A stretch of DNA of 58,039 bases, counting the filler, from Sphacelaria rigidula (taxonomy: Eukaryota): NCBI GenBank assembly GCA_964200075.2. It is 3 parts of 3 records of this genome, joined end to end, with 100 filler letters (N's around TTAATTAATTAA, not from the genome) between each part and the next. Parts side by side here need not be neighbours in the genome. Positions count along the whole stretch, not along the records: positions 19,384 to 38,663 come from CAXNAA020000698.1; 2 more parts are not named here. One strand, written 5' to 3'. The notes under the pieces are model-generated. The model was not told the DNA's origin and searched no databases. It worked only from the letters and a program-made list of their open reading frames with translations. Shown one piece after another: positions 23,801 through 35,600 of this stretch. A program made the position numbers and the translations under genes. Positions within the stretch are counted from its first letter, which is position 1. Each line of letters opens with the position of its first letter.

Positions 23801-26800
23801 CGTTACAAACGAGAGGCTGTTGCGTTGAAAGCCGCCAACCGGAGAGCCGCCGCCGCTGACAGAACAATTGAAACAACTCGCGAAGTATCTAATATGGAAC
23901 TGGTCGACAAAACTTGTTCTCCTTTCCTTGAAGGGAGGAGGAAATCTCACCCAACCCACACTCCGCGAACGGTTGCGTGTGCCAATTACCGGGAGGCTCG
24001 GCTAGGCTGCCTCGCGGCAGTCATGTGGAGTGGGTACCTAGCGCATTCGGAAAGCCTTGCTCAACGCAGTGTGGGAGGTAAAGCTACTAAAACCCCCTGC
24101 CACCTTCGCGCAGTACACGCGCCCCCCTACTCTTACGAGCTTCGGCGCTAGCAGTCGAAGCAGGAGTGGTCGACAGAGTGCCTCGATTTGTACCTGACGA
24201 GGCTTAGTAGGTGAGTCGGAGACAAGACAAAGCCGTTCAACCCCTCCACTGTTATTTTTTATTGTTTCTCTCTTCCTCCCCCTCTCTGGTCTTCTTTGAG
24301 CTTCGTTCTCTTCTACCCTATCATCCTTCTGTTTCTTTTTGTGTTGCCATCAATGTTGTGGCTGTGTTCATTTGTATAGAGCTAACGGGTGAAGGTTCAT
24401 TCATGCCCCAATAGTGGCAATTCTCGAACAGCGCAACCTGCGTCCACGACATTTTTCTCTCACGTTCTGAGTGATCTCACACGACCTTTGTTTCTGAAGC
24501 CGCTGAGAATCTTGTGTGGTGTTCGTGTTTGTTTCTCCCAGCAGGACCGGTGTCAGGTGTACCTTGCCGTGTTTCTATTTCATGTCTCGTCCTTCCATTT
24601 CCCTTATTTCCCTTCTTTTACCCTGTGTGTGCGATGTGTGTGTTTGTGCTTGCGTCACGTTTTCTTTCTGCTTCTCTTTTTTCAATCTCCTGTTTTTCTT
24701 CGATACTTTTGTTTTCCCATTCCTCGAGGTTTCTTGTTTGCGAGTGTTTCCATTTTCATTCACCACGGGTACGTGTATCCTGTGACCACGGTTGCACTAG
24801 TAGGCAATGGGATATTAGCTTATGTCGACGACTAACCCATCAATCAACTGAACGATCGATCGACGTGCAGATGTGGTTATTTGGGGGCAGGTGCTCTGTC
24901 TAACGATGCGTGTTTTGGTGGAAACAGCGCGCCCGTCATCCATCTGTATGCACGACTTGGACGCAACAAGCACTTAAGTCGTGCAAGAACTGTGGCGGGT
25001 GCGCGCTCTCCGCTCGTAATTCGTACGGGATGGTACATGGGGGTACAGCCTTTCCGCCCTTAATTCGTGTGACGAGGATAACTCCTACAAGTGCTTGATC
25101 CTTTAACCGCAATGGTACCGCACGAGCTGTAGCTAGGTGTACTTCTTGCCACATGTGATGCGTGCCAGCACGAAAACAATCGCGATGCAGATTTACATCG
25201 TGACTCGTATTTCACGAGTACACCCAATCCGAGAATCCTGTCTGCTCATATCGGTTGTTGATTATGTCCTTCGTCGGTGGCTCTGCGGTGCCCACTGGTG
25301 TGTGTCCGTATCTACTCTGCTGCCCTGCACCCCTAGGTCCTTCTTCTCCTTCTTCTTCATTTGTGTTAGGTCGGCGATTTCTTTCTGTGCTTTGCTTGTG
25401 TTGACTTTTTTATTACTTTTTTTTCTCATGACATAGTCTGCTATATCGTTCTGTTCGACCCTCTTCTTTTTTTATGTTCCTTCTTTTTGTTGGGTACGTA
25501 CGTCTATCATGAGACCACGGCTGGACCCCTGGGGCGTCAGTTAAAGTGCGACAATCAATCAATCAATCAATCATCAGCCCAAAGTTTGCTCTCAACGGAT
25601 CTATGTTGTGCGACGGTTTTCGGCGATCACTTCTATAGACAGTCCACCTGAGCACGACTCGTTCGTGATTCCCGCCTAGTCGTTCTGTGATTCGCAACGT
25701 CCGTCTCATATAGCCCATGCGAAACGATGTTACTCGTGTTGTCATGCGTGGTTCGTGCGGCAAGTGTCGACCGCGCACGTTTACCGCTTATAATTCGTAC
25801 GCAGATATTAAACGTGTATTTTGCCTATAACTAGTTCGTGCGGGACAGGTTCGTCCAACGTGCGTAACAGTTTGCAGTTAGATCTAGGCTTCCACTTATT
25901 ATGCTAGCACGGTTTTTGAAGAACTCGTTTATCTTGAAAATAATGTGGGGTCGCTAATAAGTAAAACCGTGCTACCATAATGAGCAGAAGCCTAGGAACA
26001 TCCAAAAAGGTGGGGTTCAACTTACTTCCATGATGTTCTGCTTAAAACACACACATACACACATTCCCGACATGAGGCAAAACAAAAGCGAAGACAAGCA
26101 AAGCATATACTCTTGTTAGCCACGCGCCTTGACTCACCGTGTGCGTTTCTGTTCGGTCTATGTTTGTGGTCTCAACCGAGAAACCCATGTGGAATGTTTC
26201 ATGTCGACAAAAACAAAAACGGGGGTGTACACGTGCCTCTGCAATAGAACATGTGGTATACTTGTGATAAGACTACACTTACGAACCGTGCCATGCCCCA
26301 CAATACGTCCTAAAGAGAAGGTGAATTAGCAAAATCTACCCTCGTCGGTACACCGTCCGTCATGCTACCACGCGATGGAATGCCGTAAGCGACGGGGTAT
26401 AACCAAAGGCGAATAAAGTGTCGTTCAAATACTGAATCACGTTGGTACTGGACGACAGTTGCCTACGAAACGAAATAGGTCATACAACAGTAGCAGTACA
26501 AGATTCCACTCAACAAACATGTGTACCAAGTGCATGACCTTTAATGTTTTGGGACTCACAATTGGCGACAGGAGCATTGCCGCCACGACGACGACTGCGT
26601 TGTCTGAGGCCAGCCCCACGGCCGCTATGACGGAGGCTATGATGACGAACATCATGTAGTCGAACGTGAAGAGCGCCATGCCGGAAATCTGCTCCGCCAG
26701 CTCTTCTACGCGGAAAATCGAAGTCGCGCTCAAAAATTTCGAGTCGCCTTCGGGGATGAGGCTGCGGAACGCTCGAGCATCACCACCATAACGACCATAA

Positions 26801-29800
26801 CAACCGTAAGCACCACCACGCCCGACGAGAACAACCCCGAGAGCAACATCCACAAAAATATCAGCGATAACCGCAGTAACATCCACATCATGTATGGGCC
26901 GCAGGGGCAGACGGAGGAAGACCAACAGCGGAGAAAATAAATGGGACGGAAGCGTCAAGATACTGGACGTCGATGGAACAACACCAATTCGAGGTTTGAG
27001 GGGTAACTGTTGCCGTTTCGTTATACCGTAGTCAAACGTTCAACATGGTATTCACACAATGTTGATTTTGTTCCTATAATAGACGTTTTTTCACCTTCAC
27101 TCGAGAGTTTGAGCGTCGGTAGGCGTTGGAAAACGAAGCAGGTTGTTTTCAGGACACATGTCCCACTTTTGTGTTGTCGGAACGATGGGGAGTAAACCCT
27201 GTTATCGAGTAGGTGCTACTGACCGCATATGGCCCAAAAACACGTTTATTCGGCCGTGACGAAATGAATATAGAGAAAATTGTCCGTTACAACGATCCGG
27301 ATTAATTCGATCGAGCAAAAATGGCATAGAGCGAGAAACGGGGGCTGTAGAGTGTTAACTCGTTGGACAGCCGAAAGACTGGTGAGCACGCAACTCGTTC
27401 AAAATTGGTCGTGATAAAAAAGTGTATTATTTAAAGCATAATCGCTATATTTCCTCCTTTTTATCCCCACGCTCTATCTGCACGTACTCGAGATACGCGA
27501 GCGCTACAGTAGACGCACGCAGACCATGTATGTAGTGTGCGGCGGAGCTTTACCGAACCCTGCGATGAGAAATTTCCGGGTTAAGGTGGGGGGGGTATAT
27601 ATATATACCTATATATATATATATATATGTACAGTTGACAACATAGCACTGCATCGCGGATATGGGCATGGGCAACGGCGAACTATTTTCAAACGAAATG
27701 GGATACTCACAATCGTCCCCAGTGTTTCCTGGCGCTCATCGTCGCGCCGCTCATCGCGCCAGCCATTTTGCTCACCATCGGCTTCTGGCTGGTCTTGTTT
27801 TGCAGGTTCTCAGCAGAGTCATGCTCCACACAGCCAGGGGATCGCTGGTGTCTACTCTCTAAAAGCTGTCGACGCTCCTCCATCATACGTTTTTTTTTCT
27901 GGTAGGAGTAGATAAAAATGATCATCGTCATTTCCAAGCGAAAGTTGTCTGGTGATACCCAGACGGAAGCAGAGAAAACCCGCCGGCTTCAGACAGTGGT
28001 AATATTACATGTTGTGATAGCAACATGTACACTTGATCAAGTGCTCGTGATGTGGCTTTTTGATAACTCGGAAAGCAAAAAGGGGTGCGATTTTTTTTCT
28101 TCACAAAACACAGTGATAGACGGGCATGAAAAAAGGTACAGATCTCATCACCCTCCCCCGCCCTCCTCCACCAGGTCCGACGAAAATCCGGCATGCCCCG
28201 CCCCGGCTTTGTAGGGGCGGAACCCCCGTGGGATTGGCGTCGGCCGGCAATGACGCTGTAAAACACGCCACTCACTGCTTGAGCTAGGCAACCAGGTTAC
28301 CGATTGTTGTTGCGCCCTTGCGTTATTTTTTGCGGTACCCATGATGGTGGTCAAGCTAATTCATATTGTGCCGGGTGAGAGAACCTCAACTCCGCGAAAA
28401 GAGGATATTCATACTACGTAGCGTTTAAATGGCGAGACACCCATAGGGTAGTGTATAAGCCGTGGCTGTCGCTGGAAGTGGCCACACCAGAAAATGAAGC
28501 AACTCATTGGAGGCTGCCATCCAAATGTAATATCATCAGTACGCTTCGGGCCGAACAATCTTAGCAGGATGCAGGTCATCCTTCATACGACTCGCCGAGC
28601 ACACCACGGCGCTGCGCGCTTGATGATTGATTGTGAGCCCGGTCCGGCAAAAAAAATGGCGTGATCCGTCCCGGCTTTGAAGGCACGCGAGGTCAATGGT
28701 CACATGACTATGGCATGCAAGATCATGAGTACCCCCAACCCCCTCCCCCCTGGTGATGAGCGCCAGAATGTTGGGGGTGTCTCTATTAGGAGTAGGAACG
28801 GTGCTCCCTCCCGAAGGGGATGCGTGGTCAATGGTCGAACGACTAAGGCAAGCAACAAATGAGTACGCCCCCCCCTGCCAAGGACAATGATCTCATGACT
28901 ACGGCATGCAGAATCATGAGTGCACCCCTCACCGCCCATCTCGGGGTGGGATGGTACAGCTTTGTACACCCGATCAACTAATACGTTCCCATGCCTTTCT
29001 CTCCTCTGCTAGCCTCCTTGCGAGTATCGCAGACCGTCCCACTTTCACGGGCGTCGCGTTCACAGCTCCAACGTCAGATCCGATCCCTGCCAGGATAGCA
29101 ATAAAGCGTAGAAACTATATGCGCCGTCTCTGTGCGATCGACCTGGATAGGGTGCTCGATGACGAGATATCAGACCTGTATGGATCAAGGTCGACATCAT
29201 CGAGGTGTATCAAGAAGCAACGCTCTGCACGCCAAAACAAATGGAATGTCGAGAGAGAATCCCCACGACGCGGCCTTCGTGGCGCGTCTCCTATTGCTTC
29301 CAAGGAGTCGAGGCCGGAAGATGACAATTGAGGAAATACAAATCATGGGTACGTAGCCGCCCGCCCTTCCCCCCCAAGCCCCACCCCATCCCTAGACGCT
29401 CACCTATGTATTCCAGCTTGAGGACGACGAGAGTAGCGAGGTCGGCATGGCACGTGAAGAATGCGTTCATGTACTTGCCCTAATCATCGCCATTCGTTTC
29501 GTTGCATATTTGCAGCGCGCAAAACAGGGCGGCGGGAAACGTCGGGAGGAAGGGAGCAGTCATTTGATCATTTCAAGATGATGAAATGTCGAGAAAAAAC
29601 CGTGGAAAAGCAGAACGCGCGAACCTTACCCACCCCCTCCCCCTTCCTCACCCCGTCGAATGAAAAGCGTCAATGACACTGTTGCAGCCCCCAATTTGAA
29701 TATATATATATATATTATTTATTTATTTTTTCGGGGTTATTGGTGTGTGCTTCTCGGTGAGAACCAACCCAAGCGCGAATGAGGAAAACGAAATTTGCTT

Positions 29801-31257
29801 TTGAAGGTTGCGTAATGAAGGCTGATTTGTAGATAGGATATCGTAATACCACTACTGGCATAAAAACCAACGACGTTCCACCTTCTACACATACCGTCTA
29901 CACTGTGCCGAGCCTGCCTGTTTTATCTAATGCCGCACTAAGGGCATTATATGATATTCTCACATAGGCCACCGTGAAGTAATCAGTGCTTGCATACTGG
30001 CAATCAGCAACTTCACACAACGTGGACCATATTTTCTCCAAATCTGAATTGACAAAAACGTTCGCATGTTACCTGGCAGTCTGGCTCCTGTAGTCTCATG
30101 CGCTGCTTGCTCGCTCGCGTGTTGTGTTACTTTGATTGAAATAAACGTTGCCAGTCGTCCGGACCCAACACAAAAAATGAAAGCTCCCGGCTAAGCTGCG
30201 ATCATGGTCTGCCCGGGTTCACAGGCCGTACAATTCGCTCTGCGCATGACACGACGATAAACCTGCATAACATGCATTCAACATGGTGCCTCAAGGCATG
30301 CCTTCCCCACCTCTTGGCCCGAACGTTCTTTCTAGCCACCTTTGGCGATGTTGAAAGGAGGTAGACATCGAGAATCACTATGGCGACAACATTTCTCTTT
30401 CCTCACAAGGACGTGTGGTGTGTAGTCCACCAGCGAAAATGCCCAACACCTGGGTGCGTCCTTCCCTTTTCCCTGACAACCATCGTAACCTCGCACGACT
30501 TGCCGTCAAGAATCGTGCTCCCTAAACAAACTGCGCTGTATAGGCGTGAGCAAGCAACTTGAACACGCCTAGCACGCGAGATATAGTTGTGTCGATTTTC
30601 AGATTCGTCGCTTGTATTCGCCATCAAGGTGCTACGCGCTCCTGATTACATCGAAAAGGCAATCGTCTCACGTCTAGGCAGGAGGTCCACGTTGGGTACC
30701 CCTGAAGATACCCGGCATCGAGAAACTCCTGAAGCATGGCGCGCACCATCGCCTGCGACCAGGGCAAGCGCGGGAGGGGGGGACCGGAGGCGAGAACAAC
30801 CCGAGATTTCACTGATACATACATGACCATCACCTACCGTACACTTCACAGCTATATTTTAGGCAAACCAGCTATTTGCCGTGTATATAGGGGCAAGTGT
30901 TGATGGGCGCGAAGTCAGCAAATTATGGGCATTTGCGCAACAGGACCCAGAGATATATTCAGCAAAGCATTGCCTTCTGGTGGAAACCGTCTATCAAATC
31001 GCGTGTAGGAAAAACAAAAACGATAACACCCGAGAAGGGGTATGTTGGATTGTGGATTCGGGCACTCGCTGTCTTTCGTACATATCATGCACCCGATGTC
31101 TACCATAGCTCACCTCGACTTCGATCGTCACCTCTTCCTCTCTCTCCATCGCCTCGCCATGCTTCCCACCCAGACCGGACGGCAAGCTGTTGCTACCAGC
31201 ACCCCCGGCGCTAGGAGCAACGACAGGAGTAGACGCGTTTGTCTCATCTGCTGCCAT
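20856..31257 (-). CDS. DUF389-family multi-pass membrane protein; partial and possibly decaying
   Basis: Clean chain: 29086-28995 (GIGSDVGAVNATPV..., GC donor), 27898-27711, 26761-26560 (FRVEELAEQISGMALFTFDYMMFVIIASVIAAVGLASDNAVVVVAAMLLSPI), 21435-21395 (MGPIMAFTFGTATR), 21001-20856 (DWEMVVSGLVVETLSLFLCIVVGFLYG...WPTEQMFSRAG). The motifs VVAAMLLSPIMGPI and WPTxxMxSR are typical of DUF389. Likely first exon 31257-31114. Exons at ~30400-30990 could not be joined cleanly, and no 3' exons were found before the gap. Confidence 0.75.
21581..22888. mobile_element. Tiny (~60 bp when restored) palindromic MITE interrupted by the hAT element
   Basis: Removing the hAT and one TSD copy gives GGGGTCCCACCATAGCGTGG...CCACACTGTGGTGGGACCCC (20-bp TIR, 2 mismatches), flanked by GCGGTA / GCGATA. 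Confidence 0.7.
21599..22837. mobile_element. 1239-bp non-autonomous hAT-type DNA transposon
   Basis: Perfect 8-bp TSD CATAGCGT (21591-21598, 22838-22845). TIR TAGGCTTTAGTTCCG vs TAGGCTTTAGTGCCG. Clustered GCTTAA/GCGCATAAA subterminal motifs at both ends; no intact transposase. Confidence 0.9.
23480..24850 (+). mobile_element. Degenerate 3' portion of an RTE-like LINE
   Basis: Decayed peptide GTVPHDRERRE*FVYGM...K*HLGGETGAEAFGEAWR resembles (from memory) RTE-clade ORF ends. It is followed by a long pyrimidine-rich 3' UTR and the tail motif TATCCTGTGACCACGG shared with ~25505 and ~31805. Confidence 0.55.
25300..25572 (+). mobile_element. LINE/SINE 3' end with (CAAT)5 tail
   Basis: Pyrimidine-rich tract, then TATCATGAGACCACGGCTGG...TGCGA and (CAAT)5 at 25552-25571; 5' limit approximate. 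Confidence 0.6.
25885..25994. mobile_element. 110-bp MITE with TAGGC...GCCTA termini
   Basis: TAGGCTTCCACTTATTATGCTAGCACGGTTTT vs reverse complement of the right end TAGGCTTCTGCTCATTATGGTAGCACGGTTTT (32 bp, 4 mismatches). The 8-bp flanks GTTAGATC / GGAACATC match only partly. Confidence 0.8.
28436..28575 (+). repeat. Dispersed repeat, copy 2
   Basis: Homologous to 19157-19283. Confidence 0.85.
28692..28937 (+). mobile_element. Three tandem 5'-truncated retroelement ends with C-rich tails
   Basis: Units at 28692-28750, 28755-28875 and 28883-28937 share CAATG.TC...GACTA.GGCA.GCA...ATGAGT.C followed by a C-run. The middle unit encodes ERQNVGGVSIRSRNGAPSRRGCVVNGRTTKASNK-stop. Confidence 0.75.
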
Positions 31258-31769
31258 ATTCGCTTGAGAGGTGCTTGAGCGTAAATGTGACGTTTTCTGC
31301 AATTTGTCCGCCCCGAATTGTACCGTCGCTTGGTGGATGAGACGCGATCTAGAGCAGGTACCTGGTGTGCTGGGTTGTTGTTCGGGGTCGTTGTTGATTC
31401 CGCTGCTGATGGAGGCGGCGCCCGGGGACGGCTGGCGGAGATTGACTGGGGTCGGGGGCTCGGAAGCATCGAGCTCTGGGTGCCACATACAATTTTACAG
31501 GACCGACAGGCGGCAAAACAAAATATGCGAGTATTTGTGTACGGCTGCGCGGTAACAGTTGAGAGTAAGTCCGCAGGACGCGGGCAGAAATTGACTGTGT
31601 ATACCAAACTGATAGCGCTGTTTGCGGTAGGATCAGACGATAGTTGAATGGTGCATTTTGTTCTTCAATATAGCAAATTGGATGAATATGGGTCTTGATT
31701 TATACATGTGTCGCAGTAATCTAATATGCTTTGTTGTTGTGATCAACCGTGGATAATATCGATCAGTTT

Positions 31770-32075
31770 CCTGTCGCACATTGACCAATCCGCGACGAAG
31801 CCCGCCGTGGTTGCAAGGTAGGCGTATCAAAAGTGGATGCACGGAAAGGCTCGCTGAAGGAAACTCGACAATACAGGGATATATCAAAAGGAAAAAGTAA
31901 GAAAAAGGAGTTGAAGAAAAACATCGCGGTCCCGAGAAAACCCGACAATCCCCTGTCCGGTCTTCGGGTAAGGAGACCGCACACAATGCAAGGTCGTGGA
32001 AGAACGTTGCGACTCCGAAACCTGGAGATCGCACTACTGTATTGGGTAAAAACTCAGTTGCCACCTCTACAGAAG
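31770..32075 (-). mobile_element. LINE-type 3' end fragment
   Basis: Minus strand: pyrimidine-rich tract then TACCTTGCAACCACGGCGG...TCAATGTGCGACA, the same tail motif as at 25505-25553. Confidence 0.5.
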
Positions 32076-32134
32076 GAACGAACGAACGAACGAACGAACG
32101 AACGAACGAACGAACGAACGAACGAACGAACGAA
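32076..32134. repeat. (GAAC)14 microsatellite
   Basis: Direct reading; it explains the spurious ERTN/RSFV ORFs. Confidence 0.97.
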
Positions 32135-32699
32135 GAAAGAAAGGAAAACGGTATCACGCCGAAACATTGAGCAGGGTTCGCGCCAACCTAGCGCCCCATA
32201 TCCAAACCCTCGATTCAAGGCAGACCGAAAACCCTCGGTCGAGAAGGACCCATACGGTACACTACGCAAAGCGTGGATTGGCAGAGGTCAACTCCGTACG
32301 GCACTCCGGGCAAGTCCTTCGGAACGTGAGCCCTGAAAAACTCCGAAAGTCGTGGCTCACATTTAACCGAAGCATTTTCAATCACGAAATTGAGACGCTG
32401 GGTTCGCGAGAAATGGTATCACGCTGTTGGGTATATTGCTTCCCGATGATTCTTGATGACGTTGGCTGTTATCTGCTAACGACCACCCTGAAACAGGATT
32501 CTTGGTCGTTGGTAGACCACAGCTGCTAAAGGGTTATGTAGAGCACAATACGTCACGGTCATGGTAGGGCGTGACCGGAAGGGCACACTCACGGACCAAC
32601 CTTATGCGAACACCGTCAGCCTGGTCACCCTACAGACGTAATATTTTTTAGTCAGCTGCGCATTTGTGCTGTTTTGTTTGCTATGACAGAAATCGAACT

Positions 32700-35600
32700 G
32701 AGATGCCCCATGCGTGTAAGATGAACTGACCTGGTAGTCTTTCATCAGAACAGATGTAACTGATGGCAAGGTGTGACTGCGCGATTTTTGAAGCAGATGA
32801 ACCTGAAATGAAAATTACTTGGCGTTTTACTACCAATGAGTTCCCCCGTGTTGAAATCACAGCCTGAATAACAATGTCTTTATACACCACGAAGATCTGG
32901 GCCCAGAAGACGAGCACCAGCAACTGCAACATGCCAGTTAAGCAAAATCATCAGTGAAACAAAGCAGGCAGATAATTGATGCTGACGGGAACTTACCAAC
33001 TCTGTGTCTGCGGTCTACGACAGTTACCGAACGGAATGATTTTACGCACCTAAACGCAGGTAGAATAAGGTTAACCCTTTTGGAACCCTTGATGAAAAAA
33101 TGACGATTTACACTTGACGTTATTTCGGGCAAGAAATGGTTGCTTTTCTACAGCCTTTGAGCAAACGATTCGCCCGAAGCGTGTTTTTCCAGACTCGTGC
33201 GAATGCAACGTGAAAGAAAAGATCGTTCTCTATTTTACGGGTATGACGAATTGTTCGACCCGTCGGTGTTTTCTAACCCCCGCCAGAGTGCATGGCTGAC
33301 CTTTCGTGAAGCAACCTTCACGCCGCACCTGCAGTAGATGCTTCGTGCCGCATCATCGCAAGCCTGCGCCTGAGTTGCAATAACAAAGGCGACGCCGACG
33401 GCACATTTACCTCAGGTATGCCCTCGCCTACTCTCTGTATTCGGAGACAGTCACTGTCAGGCCCTGTGGGGATGTGTTCACCTACTCCCCTGTAATGCGT
33501 GTGATGATAATATTTTCAACTTATTTCAAGTGTAAACTCACGTCATGCAAGTTACTGTACTCCGTCGTGCTCGTTTATACGGCACCCACTGCGGTTTGAT
33601 CATTCCATAACGGCGACGAGAATGTCATGTACTTCGCCGTTATACATACTCCTGGGGCAGCGTAGGCGGGCCCCTTACTTTGGCATATCCGATACAGGCT
33701 GTCACTTCGCAGACTGTGATCTTACCGCATATCTCATCCTGCGCTTTGTGCTGTACGTTTCCAAGACACCGCCTTTATAATGCGGGTTGATCATGCCTGA
33801 ACGTTGCACAGTCCCACTTTTTGCTGCGTGAGGTGTATTACTCCGGCTAGCGCTATCGCGCTCGGACCGTCTGTCCTCGTGGGCGGCATTGGGGTTTCAT
33901 GGAACGATATTACGCACCTTCTGCCTTCTTGCATGGAACACCGAAACATCGTTATTCAGTTATACTGGACTGTAGTGGAGTGTGTTCACTGACTGTAGTT
34001 GTAGTCGGGTTAGGCTGGTTGCGAAAGGCTGTCCCGGTCGGTTGTCGACCGTTTGCTAGTATATCGCCTGTCTGGATGCTGGCAATCACGTCCATCTGAC
34101 GTCTTTCATATAATCCTGTGTGCCTCGCAGCGTTTTCTCTTGCTGCGGTTACTGTGCTGACGTTCGGTGAGCGAGCGTGGGGGGCGGTGTGCGCCGGGGG
34201 GCAATGGGCCGCTCCAACCGCTCTTGCAGCTGTTTCAGCGAAACCCCTGGCAGCGTCCTGGCCGTGCTTTCCAGCCACCTCTTCCAGCGGTACGTGAATG
34301 GCGTATGGGTCGCTCTTCAGCGCTTCCACATGTGGCGGCGGGATTTTCACTCGCTCCGCCATATCATTGTCGCCGTATAGTGTGGCTTCCTATGCTCACC
34401 AACTCTTGATGATTCACCCCACCAAGATGGTGCACCTATCTAATTTCAAGTATGCAAGTGCGCCACTCTAAGTTCAAGTATACTGATGTGACATATTAGC
34501 GCACCGAACTCGAATTGATGTAATTGACAAACTGACAAAAATCACATATATCGGAGTTTGTACTGTTTAGCAAGATTTTTGTCGATGTATACAATTGGAC
34601 ACACTTCGCCCGTCGCGTGATATCATTGGACAAATCCAACCCGACCGCTCCGGGGTTTCATTTTCGGGGTATCATGACATAAGCTTCTGGAGTCTTCTCT
34701 GGTCTTCCACAGAAAAAATGGTTTCCGTCGGTCTTTTCTGTTTCCATCTTCTCTGTCACAACTTAAAATAATGAGGCGTCTGGCCCGGGGACCGGAGAGG
34801 AGGGTTCCAAAAGGGTTAAAATATCCTGATGATATCAGAGAGTTTCAGAAACGTGTTCGTTTTGTTTTTCTTCAGCGTAACGTTCATCAGCGTATATCTC
34901 ATGATGAAGCCGACGCTTTCATCAACTTGCATTCGGTCTCTCACAGCATTTCCAGATTTTTAGGTATTGTGTGGAAATAAAAAACACCGAAACTGTCAAC
35001 TTCATGAGGCACACGCTAGGAAAAGTTGGTACGCCGAGAGAAAAAAAGCATTTCCGAAACTCCCTAATATATATTCCACCACTCCTTGGCATGCCGTGGA
35101 AGCTCGGCACTCATCTCTACCGCTAAGTTTCAACAGTCCACCGGGGGTTGTCATCTTTACGCTATATCCAAATGCGAGGGTATACGAAGATAGAACGTGG
35201 TCTTGGGTTTAGTCAGTCAGTATTACCCAGACAAACGCGCATGAGGCACCGATTTTAGCGACAAAACGTGCTGAGCGGGTGAGCACTTGCAAGGGTCATC
35301 TCCTGAAAGGTTTGGAAGCTACAGTCAACACTGACACCAAGTATGTTGTGAGCATAAGTTTGATGACGGGTTCGCATAAACCCCACGTCGACCATGACAA
35401 ATGACTACAACGTCTTGAACCCGGAGCTCGTCACTGCAGACTGCGCGATGACGCAGTACAGCAGTGATAAATGTTTTCCCCCGTGGTCACGTGGTGAAGC
35501 TTTACTGGTGTGTTTGATTTCTCTTGTGTTGTTGACATGTTTCACGTCCCAAGAGTTGGAATTTTGGCTCTCTGGGCTTCAATGGATTGGGATAAAGTTT

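Noticed and set aside
24389..24903. Hydrophobic Phe-rich ORFs resembling membrane proteins
   Set aside because: They arise from a T/C-rich retroposon 3' UTR that is open in several frames at once.
31633..32336. Long ORFs with SFVR/ERTN repeats
   Set aside because: Translations of the (GAAC)14 microsatellite and an adjacent retroposon UTR.
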